A DNA stretch of 64,000 nt, taken from assembly GCA_944350365.1 (NCBI GenBank), contig CALVOU010000001.1:14814-78813 (forward strand), given 5' to 3'. The first letter of the stretch is position 1. Each line of letters opens with the position of its first letter. The stretch comes from an uncultured Bacilli bacterium. Lineage in GTDB: Bacteria; Bacillota_I; Bacilli_A; RF39; UBA660. The translations under genes were made by a program, and so were the position numbers. This document shows positions 52,369-62,447 of this stretch, piece by piece. The notes under the pieces are model-generated. The model was not told where the DNA came from. It saw only the letters and a list, made by a program, of their open reading frames with translations, and did not search any database.

Positions 52369-53502
52369 ATGGATAGAGAAGTAGTGGATTTATATTTGGA
52401 TGACATTATCCCTAACCGTTTTCAACCACGTGAAGTATTTAATGAACAAGCTTTGCGAGAATTAGCTGACTCTATTAGAGCACATGGAGTAATACAGCCA
52501 ATTATCGTTAGAAAAATAGGAGATAAATACGAAATTATTGCCGGAGAAAGAAGATATAAAGCATCTGCGATGGCTGGTCTAACTAAAATTCCGGCAATTA
52601 TTAGAAATTTAGATGATAAAGAGACTTCAAAGGTGGCACTACTCGAAAACTTACAAAGAAAGGATTTAACACCGATCGAAGAAGCTAGAACGTATCAAAA
52701 AATACTAGAACTTGATTCGATGACACAAGAAGAGCTCGGACGTACTATGGGAAAATCCCAAGCGGCAATTGCCAATAAGATGCGTTTATTATCTTTACCT
52801 GATGAAGTTCAAGAAGCACTACTTCATGATCAAATATCAGAAAGACATGCTAGGAGTTTATTGAATCTAGATTCAAGAGAAGATCAAATAAATATGCTTC
52901 ATGCTATCATTGAAAAAAGAATGACGGTTAGAGAATTAGATAATGAAATTAGAAAATTAAAAGGCATTGAAGAACCAACTTCAAGCGAGGGTAATTTAGA
53001 AAGTACTGATCAAGGAGGAACTTCCATTTCCACTACTCCAGAACCAATTGAGATTCCAAGTCCAGTTACTCCTTCTAATCCAATGACAAGTACTAATCCT
53101 AATATTTCACGACCTCCGATAGATTTACTTGCTTCATCTAATCAAACAAGTTCTAAAGTAGAAGTATCTTCACCAAATTCAACTGTAGTTAGCACTCCTA
53201 AACCAGTTGTTAGAAATATTCTTACTCTATCAGATGACGATGAAGAAGATTTTACTCAGTTAACTCCAGAGCAAGTTTCATCAACTCTAGCTAATACTGA
53301 AGAGGGAGAACCCGAGGTAAAATACAATGATCCAGTCGAAGAATTATTAGATGATGAAGAATTATACTCATTGAAAGATGCCGTAAAAGAGTTAAGAAGA
53401 ACGGTAACTAATCTCGAAAATAGGGGCTTTGTTATTAAAGTCGAAGAATTAGATTTCGAAAATACTTACCAAGTAGTAGTAAAAATCAATAAAGATATTT
53501 AA
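52369..53502 (+). CDS. noc: Noc-like ParB paralog (nucleoid occlusion protein-like)
   Basis: It has the ParB N-domain (IQPIIVRK...IAGERRYKA) and the Noc-type recognition helix GKSQAAIANKMRLL (Noc GKGQSTIANKLRLL). A 120-aa Ser/Thr/Pro-rich linker precedes the C-terminal domain. There is no N-terminal amphipathic helix. Confidence 0.65.
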   Translation: MDREVVDLYLDDIIPNRFQPREVFNEQALRELADSIRAHGVIQPIIVRKIGDKYEIIAGERRYKASAMAGLTKIPAIIRNLDDKETSKVALLENLQRKDLTPIEEARTYQKILELDSMTQEELGRTMGKSQAAIANKMRLLSLPDEVQEALLHDQISERHARSLLNLDSREDQINMLHAIIEKRMTVRELDNEIRKLKGIEEPTSSEGNLESTDQGGTSISTTPEPIEIPSPVTPSNPMTSTNPNISRPPIDLLASSNQTSSKVEVSSPNSTVVSTPKPVVRNILTLSDDDEEDFTQLTPEQVSSTLANTEEGEPEVKYNDPVEELLDDEELYSLKDAVKELRRTVTNLENRGFVIKVEELDFENTYQVVVKINKDI

Positions 53503-53598
53503 AAGTAGAGAGTTCTACTTTTTTTTAACAAGAGGTTTCCTAATTTAACGTTTTCTGTTAAAATAGAATAGTATAAAAACAAAAAAGGTGGTAAGAGC

Positions 53599-54402
53599 AT
53601 GGGAAAGATAATATCATTAGTAAATCAAAAAGGTGGAGTAGGAAAAACGACAACGAGTATCAATCTTTCTGCATCTTTAGCTTACTTAGGAAAAAGAGTA
53701 TTATTAATTGATTTAGATCCCCAAGGAAATGCGACAACAGGTGTCGGAATTAATAAAGGAGATATCAGTAAAAGTGTTCACGATGTAATAACAGAGAAAT
53801 GTAATGTAATAGAGGCAATTATTAAAACAAAATATAAAAATCTTTATCTTTTGCCAGCAACAATTAATTTAGCAGGTATCGATATTGAACTTATGGAAAA
53901 GAGCAAGACAGATCAAAATTTCTCCAAAAACATTCAATTAAAGAAAGCGTTGGATCCGATTAGAGATTCTTTTGACTACATCATCATTGACTGTCCACCT
54001 TCTTTAGGGTTAATTACAACCAACGCATTAACAGCATCTAATTCTGTAATCATTCCTGTTCAATGTGAATTCTTCGCCCTCGAGGGAATTACTCAACTTC
54101 TTAATACAATTATGTTAGCGCAAAAAAATTTAAATCCTAATCTAGATATTGAGGGCGTTCTGCTGACCATGCTTGATTCACGAGCAATTCTTTGTCTAGA
54201 AGTGGTAGAAGATATTAGAAGATTTTTCAAAGAACGGGTATATAATACAATTATCCCAAGACTCGTTAGAATCGCGGAAGCTCCATCACATGGCACACCG
54301 ATCATCGCCTATGATTCCAAACATCGTGGATCGATTGCTTATTTAAATTTAGCAAAGGAAGTGATTGAAAGAAATGGAAACGCAAACACAAGCACAAAGT
54401 AG
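53599..54402 (+). CDS. soj: ParA-type chromosome partitioning ATPase Soj
   Basis: 267 aa with a deviant Walker A (KGGVGKTTT). Confidence 0.9.
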   Translation: MGKIISLVNQKGGVGKTTTSINLSASLAYLGKRVLLIDLDPQGNATTGVGINKGDISKSVHDVITEKCNVIEAIIKTKYKNLYLLPATINLAGIDIELMEKSKTDQNFSKNIQLKKALDPIRDSFDYIIIDCPPSLGLITTNALTASNSVIIPVQCEFFALEGITQLLNTIMLAQKNLNPNLDIEGVLLTMLDSRAILCLEVVEDIRRFFKERVYNTIIPRLVRIAEAPSHGTPIIAYDSKHRGSIAYLNLAKEVIERNGNANTSTK

Positions 54403-55279
54403 AAGAAAAGCTCTAGGAAGAGGCTTAGAAGAATTATTTAATAATGAACCAATGAACTATGAAACGATAGAAGAAAAAATTATTACGTCAACTCCAAAAG
54501 AAGAAATTGTAGAATTAAATTTATCTGAGTTACGTAGTAATCCTTATCAGCCACGGAAAAATTTTGACGAAAAGGCACTTCAAGAATTGGCTAATTCTAT
54601 TAAAGAATATGGGGTTTTTCAACCAATTATTGCCAAAAAAAGCATCAAAGGTTACGAGATTATCGCTGGAGAAAGAAGAGTAAAAGCATCTATTTTAGCC
54701 GGAAGAGAAACCATACCAGCTATTCTTCGTGACTTCAGTGATCAGGAAATGATGGAGATTGCGCTTTTAGAAAATCTTCAACGGGAAAATTTAAATGCCT
54801 TAGAAGAAGCCCTTGCTTATAAAAAATTGATAGAAGAGTTATCTTTAACGCAAGAAGCATTAGCTGAAAGAATTGGGAAAAGCCGGAGTCATATTACCAA
54901 TATGTTAGGTCTTTTGACTTTACCAGAAGAAGTCAAAGATTTAATCATGGAAAATAAATTGACAATGGGCCATGCTCGAGCACTAAGTAAATTAGAAAAT
55001 CCGAATAAAATCAAAGATCTTGCTCAAAAAGTTGTGATGGAAAATTTAAGTGTTCGTCAAGTAGAAAATTTAGCTTTTGAACCAACTGCTGAAAAAAAAC
55101 ATAAGACTAAGAAAGCACCCAATTCCCTAGAATATCGAAATATAGAAGAAAACTTATCTGAAAAATTAGGAACTAAAGTAAAAATTAATCATAATAAACT
55201 AGAAATTTCTTTCGTCAATCGTAATGATCTAAACCGTCTATTAGAAATAATAGGCATCGAACAAGAAAATGACATCTGA
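54365..55279 (+). CDS. spo0J: Chromosome partitioning protein Spo0J/ParB
   Basis: It has the N-terminal Soj-interacting peptide (KALGRGLEELF) and a ParB box (IIAGERRVKAS). The recognition helix GKSRSHITNMLGLL is Spo0J-type (GKSRSHVTN). Confidence 0.85.
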   Translation: MKEMETQTQAQSRRKALGRGLEELFNNEPMNYETIEEKIITSTPKEEIVELNLSELRSNPYQPRKNFDEKALQELANSIKEYGVFQPIIAKKSIKGYEIIAGERRVKASILAGRETIPAILRDFSDQEMMEIALLENLQRENLNALEEALAYKKLIEELSLTQEALAERIGKSRSHITNMLGLLTLPEEVKDLIMENKLTMGHARALSKLENPNKIKDLAQKVVMENLSVRQVENLAFEPTAEKKHKTKKAPNSLEYRNIEENLSEKLGTKVKINHNKLEISFVNRNDLNRLLEIIGIEQENDI

Positions 55280-55294
55280 TGAGGAAGTGAAGAA

Positions 55295-56104
55295 ATGTTA
55301 GAGAAAATAATGATACCAGAAGTTTATTTACCAATCATCTATATTTGCTTTGCTATTCTTTTAAATGGTATTTGTAAAAGGGTAATTGGAACCATTATTA
55401 AGAGTAAACAAAAAAGTTTAAATAAAAATAGCTATAATTATAAGAAAATGGAAACTTTTCGAGTATTAATGAATAATATTATCAAATATGTAATTATTTT
55501 ATTCTTAGTTTTAGCCATATTAACTGTTTATGGAGTAAATGTAACTTCTATTTTAGCTGGATTAGGAATTGCCGGTGTAGTTGCTAGTTTAGCTCTTCAA
55601 GACTTAGCAAAAGATATCATCGCTGGAATGGGAATTATCCTAGAAAATCAATATGCGATGGGGGATACTATCTCTATTAATGGATTTAAGGGTGAAGTTG
55701 TTTTCTTAGGATTAAAAACCACTAGAATTAGAAGTTGGGAAGGTGAGGTAAAAATTCTTGCTAACCGCAATATCACTGAAGTAATCAATTATAGTATTTC
55801 TAGTTCTCTTGCGATTGTCGATATTAGCGTAAACTATAATGAAGACTTAGATAAAGTGGAACGAGTTTTAAATGAACTAGCTAGCGATTTAACGAAAAAA
55901 TTACCGAAATTAAAAGGTGAAGTAGAAGTACTAGGAATAGAAAAATTCTCTGATTCTGCCCTGGTTTATCGTTTAACGGTCCCAACAGTAAGTATGGAAC
56001 AATATGGAATAGCCCGTCAGATAAGAAAAGAAATTATTCTCTGCTTCAAAAAGAATAATATTAATATTCCATATAATCAAATCGAGGTGCATCATGGAAA
56101 ATAA
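55295..56104 (+). CDS. Small-conductance mechanosensitive channel (MscS family)
   Basis: 269 aa. It has 2-3 TM helices followed by the MscS beta-domain pattern (IAGMGIILENQYAMGDTISINGFKGEVVFLGLKTTRIR). Confidence 0.65.
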   Translation: MLEKIMIPEVYLPIIYICFAILLNGICKRVIGTIIKSKQKSLNKNSYNYKKMETFRVLMNNIIKYVIILFLVLAILTVYGVNVTSILAGLGIAGVVASLALQDLAKDIIAGMGIILENQYAMGDTISINGFKGEVVFLGLKTTRIRSWEGEVKILANRNITEVINYSISSSLAIVDISVNYNEDLDKVERVLNELASDLTKKLPKLKGEVEVLGIEKFSDSALVYRLTVPTVSMEQYGIARQIRKEIILCFKKNNINIPYNQIEVHHGK

Positions 56105-56294
56105 ACAATATGGTTTGAATAGTAAAGTAGTAATGAAAAAACAACATCCCTGTGGCAGTAACGAATGGGAAATTATAAGACTAGGTGCTGATATCAAGAT
56201 TAAGTGTTGTAATTGTGGGAGAACAATTATGTTGCCTAGAGTAGAATTCAATAAAAAATTAAAAAAAGTGCTTGCTAACGAGGAGTGTAAATGA
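56094..56294 (+). CDS. DUF951-family small zinc-ribbon protein
   Basis: 66 aa with PCGSNEWEIIRLGADIKIKCCNCGR. Confidence 0.45.
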   Translation: MENKQYGLNSKVVMKKQHPCGSNEWEIIRLGADIKIKCCNCGRTIMLPRVEFNKKLKKVLANEECK

Positions 56295-57886
56295 TGAAAA
56301 ATAAGAAAAAATTAAAACTGAAACGATACCATTTTCACCCAGTTACGACTTTCATTTTATTGACAGTAGCTGTCATTGTATTAAGTGGGATATTTTCTGT
56401 TTTAGAAATACAAGCCACCTATAGTAATTTAAATTTAACGACTTACGAACTTGAAAATACTTTAGTAACAGTAAATAATTTATTTAATTATGATGGATTA
56501 AAATATGTAATTAGTAATGCTGCAAGAAACTTTATTAGTTTTACGACTTTAAGTACTTTGTTGATTTCTCTAATTGGTTTATCTGTTGCCCAAGCAACTG
56601 GATTCTTAGATACATTTATCAAACGTGTATTAGTAAAAATAGATAACAAAAAAATCACTTTTATATTGATTTTTATCTCTATTATTTCTAGTTTAATTAA
56701 TGAAATTGGTTACGTTATTTTAATTCCATTATCAGCAATTATTTTCTTAAAAAATAAACGAAACCCTTTAGCAGGAATTATCACAGCTTTCTGTGGTGTA
56801 GCTTTTGGGTATGGTGTTACTTTGTTTGTTGGATCGATGGAAGTAAATCTCAATCCGATTACTGAAGCCGCAGCTAGAATGATTGATCCTAATTATCATG
56901 TTGCTTTGAGTTCAAATTTAATCATCATCATATTATCCTCAGTAATCTTATCGGTTGTGGGAACGATTATTATCGAAAAATTAGTCATTCCTAAACTAGG
57001 AAAATATAAAGATCCAAACGAAGTAACTGTAGAATTAGAAGTGATAGAAGATGTCGAAGAAGCAGAACAACGTAAGTTAGAAGAAGAGTCACGTGAAAAG
57101 AAAGGGTTAAATAATGCTTTTTTTGCCACTATTTTCTTTCTAATTTTCTTCGTTTATTCACTTCTACCAAATTTACCTTTTTCAGGAATGTTACTAGATA
57201 TGGAAGAAACAACCTATCTAGGTCAAGTATTTGGTAGTAATTCCTATTTCCAAGATGGCTTTACTTTCTTAATTGCTTTATATTTCTTGGTTGTTGGAAT
57301 TGCCTATGGAATTGGCGCTAAAACAATAAAAAACGACAAACAATTAATTACTGATTCTGGAAAATATATTGCCGATATTGGTAGCTTAGTCATCTTAATT
57401 TTCTTTGCTTCTCAGTTCATTGCCGTATTTAAAGAAACGAATATTGGAACGGTAATTACTGCCTGGGGAGCCAATATCATCAACAGTTTAAACTTTACAG
57501 GAATACCATTAATTATATTAGTCGTTCTTGTAATAGCCATCGTGAATCTTTTTACGACAACACCAATTGCTAAATGGACAATATTAGCTCCGGTTGTCGT
57601 TCCAAAATTGATGCAAGCTAATATTACTCCAGAGTTCGCTCAATTTATGTTGCGTGCCGCTGATTCAATGACAAAAGGTATTACCCCGTTACTTGCTTAC
57701 TTTGTTATTTTCGTTGGTTATCTAAATATGTATAATCCAAATAAAAAGAAACCAATTACCATATCTCATGCTTTAAAATTAGTAACACCTTTTTGCTTAA
57801 TCATCAGTTTGGCATGGCTTGCTATTATCTTATTATGGTATATATCTGGTCTTCCAATTGGTCCGGATGTCTATCCAACTTTATAA
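56291..57886 (+). CDS. AbgT-family (MtrF-like) transporter
   Basis: 531 aa polytopic membrane protein. Its N-terminal topology and motifs resemble AbgT/MtrF. Confidence 0.4.
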   Translation: MMKNKKKLKLKRYHFHPVTTFILLTVAVIVLSGIFSVLEIQATYSNLNLTTYELENTLVTVNNLFNYDGLKYVISNAARNFISFTTLSTLLISLIGLSVAQATGFLDTFIKRVLVKIDNKKITFILIFISIISSLINEIGYVILIPLSAIIFLKNKRNPLAGIITAFCGVAFGYGVTLFVGSMEVNLNPITEAAARMIDPNYHVALSSNLIIIILSSVILSVVGTIIIEKLVIPKLGKYKDPNEVTVELEVIEDVEEAEQRKLEEESREKKGLNNAFFATIFFLIFFVYSLLPNLPFSGMLLDMEETTYLGQVFGSNSYFQDGFTFLIALYFLVVGIAYGIGAKTIKNDKQLITDSGKYIADIGSLVILIFFASQFIAVFKETNIGTVITAWGANIINSLNFTGIPLIILVVLVIAIVNLFTTTPIAKWTILAPVVVPKLMQANITPEFAQFMLRAADSMTKGITPLLAYFVIFVGYLNMYNPNKKKPITISHALKLVTPFCLIISLAWLAIILLWYISGLPIGPDVYPTL

Positions 57887-57888
57887 AC

Positions 57889-57925
57889 AACTTAACCTCT
57901 GTTAAAGTTGTTTTCTTTTTATTCC
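57889..57925 (+). terminator. Rho-independent terminator
   Basis: AACAACTT-aacctctgtta-AAGTTGTT followed by TTCTTTTT. Confidence 0.5.
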
Positions 57926-57964
57926 AAGTTATGTTATACTAATACTGGAAATGAGGTAATGTTT

Positions 57965-59065
57965 ATGGGTTTAACAGCAGGAATAGTAGGTCTTCCCAAC
58001 GTTGGAAAGAGTACTTTATTCAATGCAATTACTAAAAATAGTATTTTAGCAGCAAATTATCCATTTGCAACCATCGATCCTAATGTCGGTGTAGTTACTG
58101 TACCTGATGAAAGGTTAGACAAATTAAATGAAATGTATGAGCCAAAACAAAAGATCCCAACCGCTTTTGAATTTACGGACATAGCTGGTTTAGTAAAGGG
58201 AGCAAGTCAAGGAGAAGGTTTAGGGAACAAATTTCTATCTCATATTCGTGAAACTGATGCAATTGTTGAAGTCGTCAGATGCTTTGAAAATAAAGATATC
58301 ATTCATGTCGAAGGAACAATTGATCCGATTCGAGATATTGAAATTATCAGTTTAGAATTAATTCTAGCGGATCTAGAAAGTATTGGCAATCGTATAGAAA
58401 AAATGGGAAAGAAAGCGAGAACTTCTAAAGTAAAAGAAGACTTGATAGAACTAGAAGCTTTAGAAAAAGCCAAAAAAGCCTTAGAAGAAAATCATCCATT
58501 ACGAATGGTTGACTTTACTACTGAAGAAAAGAAAGCACTAAAATCCTATAATTTCTTAACGATGAAACCAATTATCTATTTAGCAAACATCGATGAAGAA
58601 GAATTAACCGAAGTAGATAATCCATACGTAAAAAAAGTAGAGGAGTATGCTAGTCGTGAAAATTCCAAAGTCATTAAAGTTTGTGCTAAAATAGAAGAAG
58701 AGTTAAGTCAACTAGATGAATCCGATAAAAAGGAAATGCTTCAAGCTTTAGGAATTCCGATGAGTGGTTTGGATCAATTAATAAAGGCAACTTATGATCT
58801 ATTAGGACTCGCCACTTATTTTACCGTCGGTAAAGACGAAGTGAGAGCTTGGACATTTAGAAAAGGAATGAACGCTAAAGAATGTGCCGGAATTATCCAT
58901 ACTGATTTTGAAAAAGGATTCATTCGTGCTGAGGTAATTTCTTATACCGATTTAATTGAACTTGGAAGTGAACAGAAAGTAAAAGAAGCCGGAAAAGCTA
59001 GACTAGAAGGTAAAGATTATTTAATGCAAGATGGCGATATTTGTCATTTTAGATTCAATGTATAG
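57965..59065 (+). CDS. ychF: Ribosome-binding ATPase YchF
   Basis: G1 motif GIVGLPNVGKST and a TGS C-terminal domain. The start is set at MGLTAGIVG (57965) with a GAGGT RBS. The listed ORF begins at 57908. Confidence 0.9.
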   Translation: MGLTAGIVGLPNVGKSTLFNAITKNSILAANYPFATIDPNVGVVTVPDERLDKLNEMYEPKQKIPTAFEFTDIAGLVKGASQGEGLGNKFLSHIRETDAIVEVVRCFENKDIIHVEGTIDPIRDIEIISLELILADLESIGNRIEKMGKKARTSKVKEDLIELEALEKAKKALEENHPLRMVDFTTEEKKALKSYNFLTMKPIIYLANIDEEELTEVDNPYVKKVEEYASRENSKVIKVCAKIEEELSQLDESDKKEMLQALGIPMSGLDQLIKATYDLLGLATYFTVGKDEVRAWTFRKGMNAKECAGIIHTDFEKGFIRAEVISYTDLIELGSEQKVKEAGKARLEGKDYLMQDGDICHFRFNV

Positions 59066-59070
59066 GAATA

Positions 59071-59529
59071 ATGATGAGTAAAATTGATGATGATGCTTTA
59101 AAACTAATTAATGAAGATAGAAAAAAGTACAGTTATGAATCCATGTATAGTAGAAGGAAAACTGAAAATAGCCCATTCATTTATATTTTTCTTCTCCTTC
59201 TTCTTGGGCTTGGAGTATACACCCTCGTTCAAACAATTCTTGGTGACCATGAATCTCCTAGCGAAGAGTTAAGTGATCAAGAAATACTTAGCGCAACTAC
59301 AGAATATTTAAAGGATAAGACGATTTATATTGAAGTCGTCTGTGATCACATTGAACAACAAACTTGTACAGAGGATAGTTGTAATTCTAAAAAATATCTA
59401 GTAACTTGTCATACTCAAGATATTGAATTTAATATAACAGCAGAACTAATTAATCAAAGTTCAAATCCTAATAACGAATTTAATTTTACTGTATTAACAG
59501 ATACCATTCATAGTTATAGTAATAAATAA
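59071..59529 (+). CDS. Hypothetical single-pass membrane protein with a Cys-containing ectodomain
   Basis: 152 aa. One TM helix (FIYIFLLLLLGLGVYTLV) and 5 Cys in the C-terminal part. Confidence 0.35.
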   Translation: MMSKIDDDALKLINEDRKKYSYESMYSRRKTENSPFIYIFLLLLLGLGVYTLVQTILGDHESPSEELSDQEILSATTEYLKDKTIYIEVVCDHIEQQTCTEDSCNSKKYLVTCHTQDIEFNITAELINQSSNPNNEFNFTVLTDTIHSYSNK

Positions 59530-59575
59530 TATGATAAAAAAAACATAAAATAAAAATAAGAAAGAAGGTTTTAAA

Positions 59576-60217
59576 TTGAATAATAACATATTTCCTAAAG
59601 TATTCATGTGGATGTTTATAGGATTATTAGTAACATTCTTAACCGGTATTTATACCTCGACTAATGTTGATGCACTCGAAGTTATTTTTAACAAAAGTGG
59701 CTATTGGATTTTATTGATTATCGAGCTTGGTTTAGCGATTTTCCTATCGGCTAGAATTCATAAAATGAGCCCCACAACCGCAAAGATTTGTTATCTATTA
59801 TATACATTCTTTACTGGTCTAACATTTTCCTCTATTTTTATCGTTTACAAAATAGAATCGATTATGTTAATCTTCTTAGTTACCGCAATCCTATTCTTAA
59901 TTTTTGCGATTATCGGCAAAACAACTAAAGTAGATTTAACCAAAATCAGTACCATATTATTGATGGCACTACTCGGTGTAATCATATGTACAATTATTAA
60001 TATTTTCTTACAAAATAGCACTTTTGATATGATTCTATCAGGAATTAGTGTCTTAATCTTCCTAGGCTTTATCGCTTACGATATTCAAAAGATTAAACGA
60101 TTAGAAGGTTGGATAAATCAAGATAATTTGGCGGTAATCGGTGCCTTTGAATTATACTTAGATTTCATTAATATCTTCCTTGATTTATTAAATCTCTTTG
60201 GTAATAGTAAAGATTAA
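59576..60217 (+). CDS. BAX inhibitor-1/YccA (TMBIM) family membrane protein
   Basis: 213 aa, 7 TM helices, with a C-terminal charged motif (KIKRLEGW...YLDFINIFL). Confidence 0.5.
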   Translation: MNNNIFPKVFMWMFIGLLVTFLTGIYTSTNVDALEVIFNKSGYWILLIIELGLAIFLSARIHKMSPTTAKICYLLYTFFTGLTFSSIFIVYKIESIMLIFLVTAILFLIFAIIGKTTKVDLTKISTILLMALLGVIICTIINIFLQNSTFDMILSGISVLIFLGFIAYDIQKIKRLEGWINQDNLAVIGAFELYLDFINIFLDLLNLFGNSKD

Positions 60218-60345
60218 TCGAAATAAAATTTAGTCTAAATCAAAAAAAGCATTTACAAAAGTGCTTTTTTTTGGTATATTACTACCGAGTATTTAATACT
60301 CCTTGCCAATTGATTGGCCTTAAGTCCAGAAGGAGGTGTAACGAA

Positions 60346-60636
60346 ATGAAAAAATATGAGATTATGTTTATTGTAAAGCCTGATTTAGAGGAAGAAAACA
60401 TCAAGAAAGTAGCTAATTCCATGAAAGAAACTTTAGAAACAAACGGAGCTAAAGTATTAGAAGTAAAAGAAATGGGACAAAGAGAGCTAGCTTATGAAAT
60501 AAAAAAATATAAGACAGGTTATTACTTCTTATTTGTGATCGAAACAGAGAATGCAAGCGCAACAAAAGAATTTGATCGTTTGGCTCTAATCAACGAAAAT
60601 ATTATTCGTCATTTAATCGTTAGAGTAGAAGACTAA
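60346..60636 (+). CDS. rpsF: 30S ribosomal protein S6
   Basis: MKKYEIMFIVKPDLEEE... The RBS is AGGAGGTG. The listed ORF begins earlier at 60271. Confidence 0.9.
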   Translation: MKKYEIMFIVKPDLEEENIKKVANSMKETLETNGAKVLEVKEMGQRELAYEIKKYKTGYYFLFVIETENASATKEFDRLALINENIIRHLIVRVED

Positions 60637-60648
60637 GAGAGGTATAAA

Positions 60649-61137
60649 ATGAATAAAGTTTTTTTAATCGGAAGATTAACTAAAGATCCAGAATTACGTT
60701 ATACAAGTACGAATACTGCAGCTGCTTCCTTTACGATTGCTGTAAATAGAAATTTTACGAATCAAAATGGGGAACGCGAAGCAGACTTTATTAACATTGT
60801 TGTATGGCGTAAGCAAGCAGAAAACGTAAAACAATACTTAACCAAGGGAAGTCAAGTAGCAATCGATGGAAGAATCCAAACAAGAAGTTATGATGCTCAA
60901 GATGGCAGTAAACGTTATGTAACAGAAGTTGTTGCTGATAACGTTCAATTTTTAGATAGTAGATCATCTTCATCAACTGCTCAAGCACCTATGTCATCTA
61001 CTAATAATAATCCATCTCCATACGATTTTGCATCTCCTGCCGTAACTCCATCAGCGAATACGACAGATGTTTCTTCAGATCCTTTTGCGGATTTTGGTTC
61101 TAGTATTGAAATTAGTGATGATGAATTACCATTCTAA
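60649..61137 (+). CDS. ssb: Single-stranded DNA-binding protein
   Basis: OB fold with a C-terminal acidic tip DDELPF. Confidence 0.9.
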   Translation: MNKVFLIGRLTKDPELRYTSTNTAAASFTIAVNRNFTNQNGEREADFINIVVWRKQAENVKQYLTKGSQVAIDGRIQTRSYDAQDGSKRYVTEVVADNVQFLDSRSSSSTAQAPMSSTNNNPSPYDFASPAVTPSANTTDVSSDPFADFGSSIEISDDELPF

Positions 61138-61152
61138 AGAAGGAGGGAAAGT

Positions 61153-61368
61153 ATGGCAGAATTTTATAGAAAAAAGAAAAAAGTATGTTACATGTGTACA
61201 GGTAAAAATGTTGACTATAAAGATGTAGATACTTTAAAAAGATATATTAATGATCGTGGTAAAATCTTACCAAGAAGAATTACAGGAAATTGTGCTAAAC
61301 ATCAAAGATACATCGCAGAACAAATTAAACGTGCACGTGCAATTGCCCTATTACCATATACAAAATAA
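61153..61368 (+). CDS. rpsR: 30S ribosomal protein S18
   Basis: 71 aa in the canonical rpsF-ssb-rpsR operon. Confidence 0.9.
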   Translation: MAEFYRKKKKVCYMCTGKNVDYKDVDTLKRYINDRGKILPRRITGNCAKHQRYIAEQIKRARAIALLPYTK

Positions 61369-61468
61369 AAAAGGCTACCAACTACTTCGTTGATAGTCTT
61401 TTTCACTAAAATAGACAACAGGTTAAAAATTGTAGTATAATAAAATTGGGGTTTTCTAAGGAGGCAGG

Positions 61469-62434
61469 ATGAATATATTAAACTATGCCAGAGAAATAAA
61501 AAGAAAGATTAAGACCCATCAGACGATTTTTATCGTTGGTCATCAGAATTTAGACTTAGATGCCATTGGAAGTGCTTTAGGCCTACATTATATTATCCAA
61601 AAATATCGAAAAGAATCTTATATTGTTATCGATGATCAAGTCCATGAATTAGGTGTTGAAAAAATAATTAGTGAACAACCTAAAGAAATATTTATCTCTA
61701 GTCAAGATATTGAAGAAAAGAAAACCAAGAAAAATTTGTTAATCATTGTCGATACGAATAAGATTAATTTATTATCTAATCCTAAAATATTAGATGATTT
61801 TGAAGATATTATTGTAATTGACCACCATCAAACGAATGAATATACGATTAATCGTGGCTTATTGATCGTCGATAAAGAATCATCCTCGACCTGCGAGATG
61901 ATCACGCAAATACTTAGTCATTACCGAATAAAAGTTCCACCAGAAATAGCGACAATTATTTTATCTGGAATCGTATTAGATACGAATAATTTTGTTCTAA
62001 AAACGCAAGCAAAAACATACTTTACGGCCTATTATTTAGCTTCTTTTGGTGCCGATCCGAAAAAAGTTCAATATTATTTAAAACAAAATATCAAAGAGTA
62101 TATTGCTAGACAAAAAGTAATTACTAATATTGAAATAGTTAAAGAAAAATATGCAGTCGCAACCGGAGTAGAGAAAATTAAATATAAGCGTGAGGAACTT
62201 GCTAAAATCGCATCAACACTCATTCAATTTAACGATATTGAAGCAAGTTTTGTAATCGGATGGAATCAAGACAATAAAATAGGAATAAGTGCTCGTAGTG
62301 AAGGAAGATTGAATGTGGGAAAAGTGATGGAAAAACTAGGTGGTGGTGGTGATGATCACGATGCCGCAACCCAAATAGAAGAAGATTCACTTCAAACTGT
62401 AAAAGACAAATTATTAGCCATCTTAAATAAGTAG
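61469..62434 (+). CDS. nrnA: DHH/DHHA1 phosphoesterase (NrnA-like nanoRNase / pAp phosphatase)
   Basis: 321 aa with DHH motifs (HQNLDLDAIGS, DTN, IDHH) and a GGGH-type DHHA1 motif (GGGGDDHDAA). Confidence 0.6.
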   Translation: MNILNYAREIKRKIKTHQTIFIVGHQNLDLDAIGSALGLHYIIQKYRKESYIVIDDQVHELGVEKIISEQPKEIFISSQDIEEKKTKKNLLIIVDTNKINLLSNPKILDDFEDIIVIDHHQTNEYTINRGLLIVDKESSSTCEMITQILSHYRIKVPPEIATIILSGIVLDTNNFVLKTQAKTYFTAYYLASFGADPKKVQYYLKQNIKEYIARQKVITNIEIVKEKYAVATGVEKIKYKREELAKIASTLIQFNDIEASFVIGWNQDNKIGISARSEGRLNVGKVMEKLGGGGDDHDAATQIEEDSLQTVKDKLLAILNK

Positions 62435-62447
62435 GGGGAGATAATCT

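Noticed and set aside
57085-57097. Additional parS half-site GAGTCACGTGAAAAG inside the AbgT-like gene
   Set aside because: Only one half of the palindrome matches. It is probably fortuitous.
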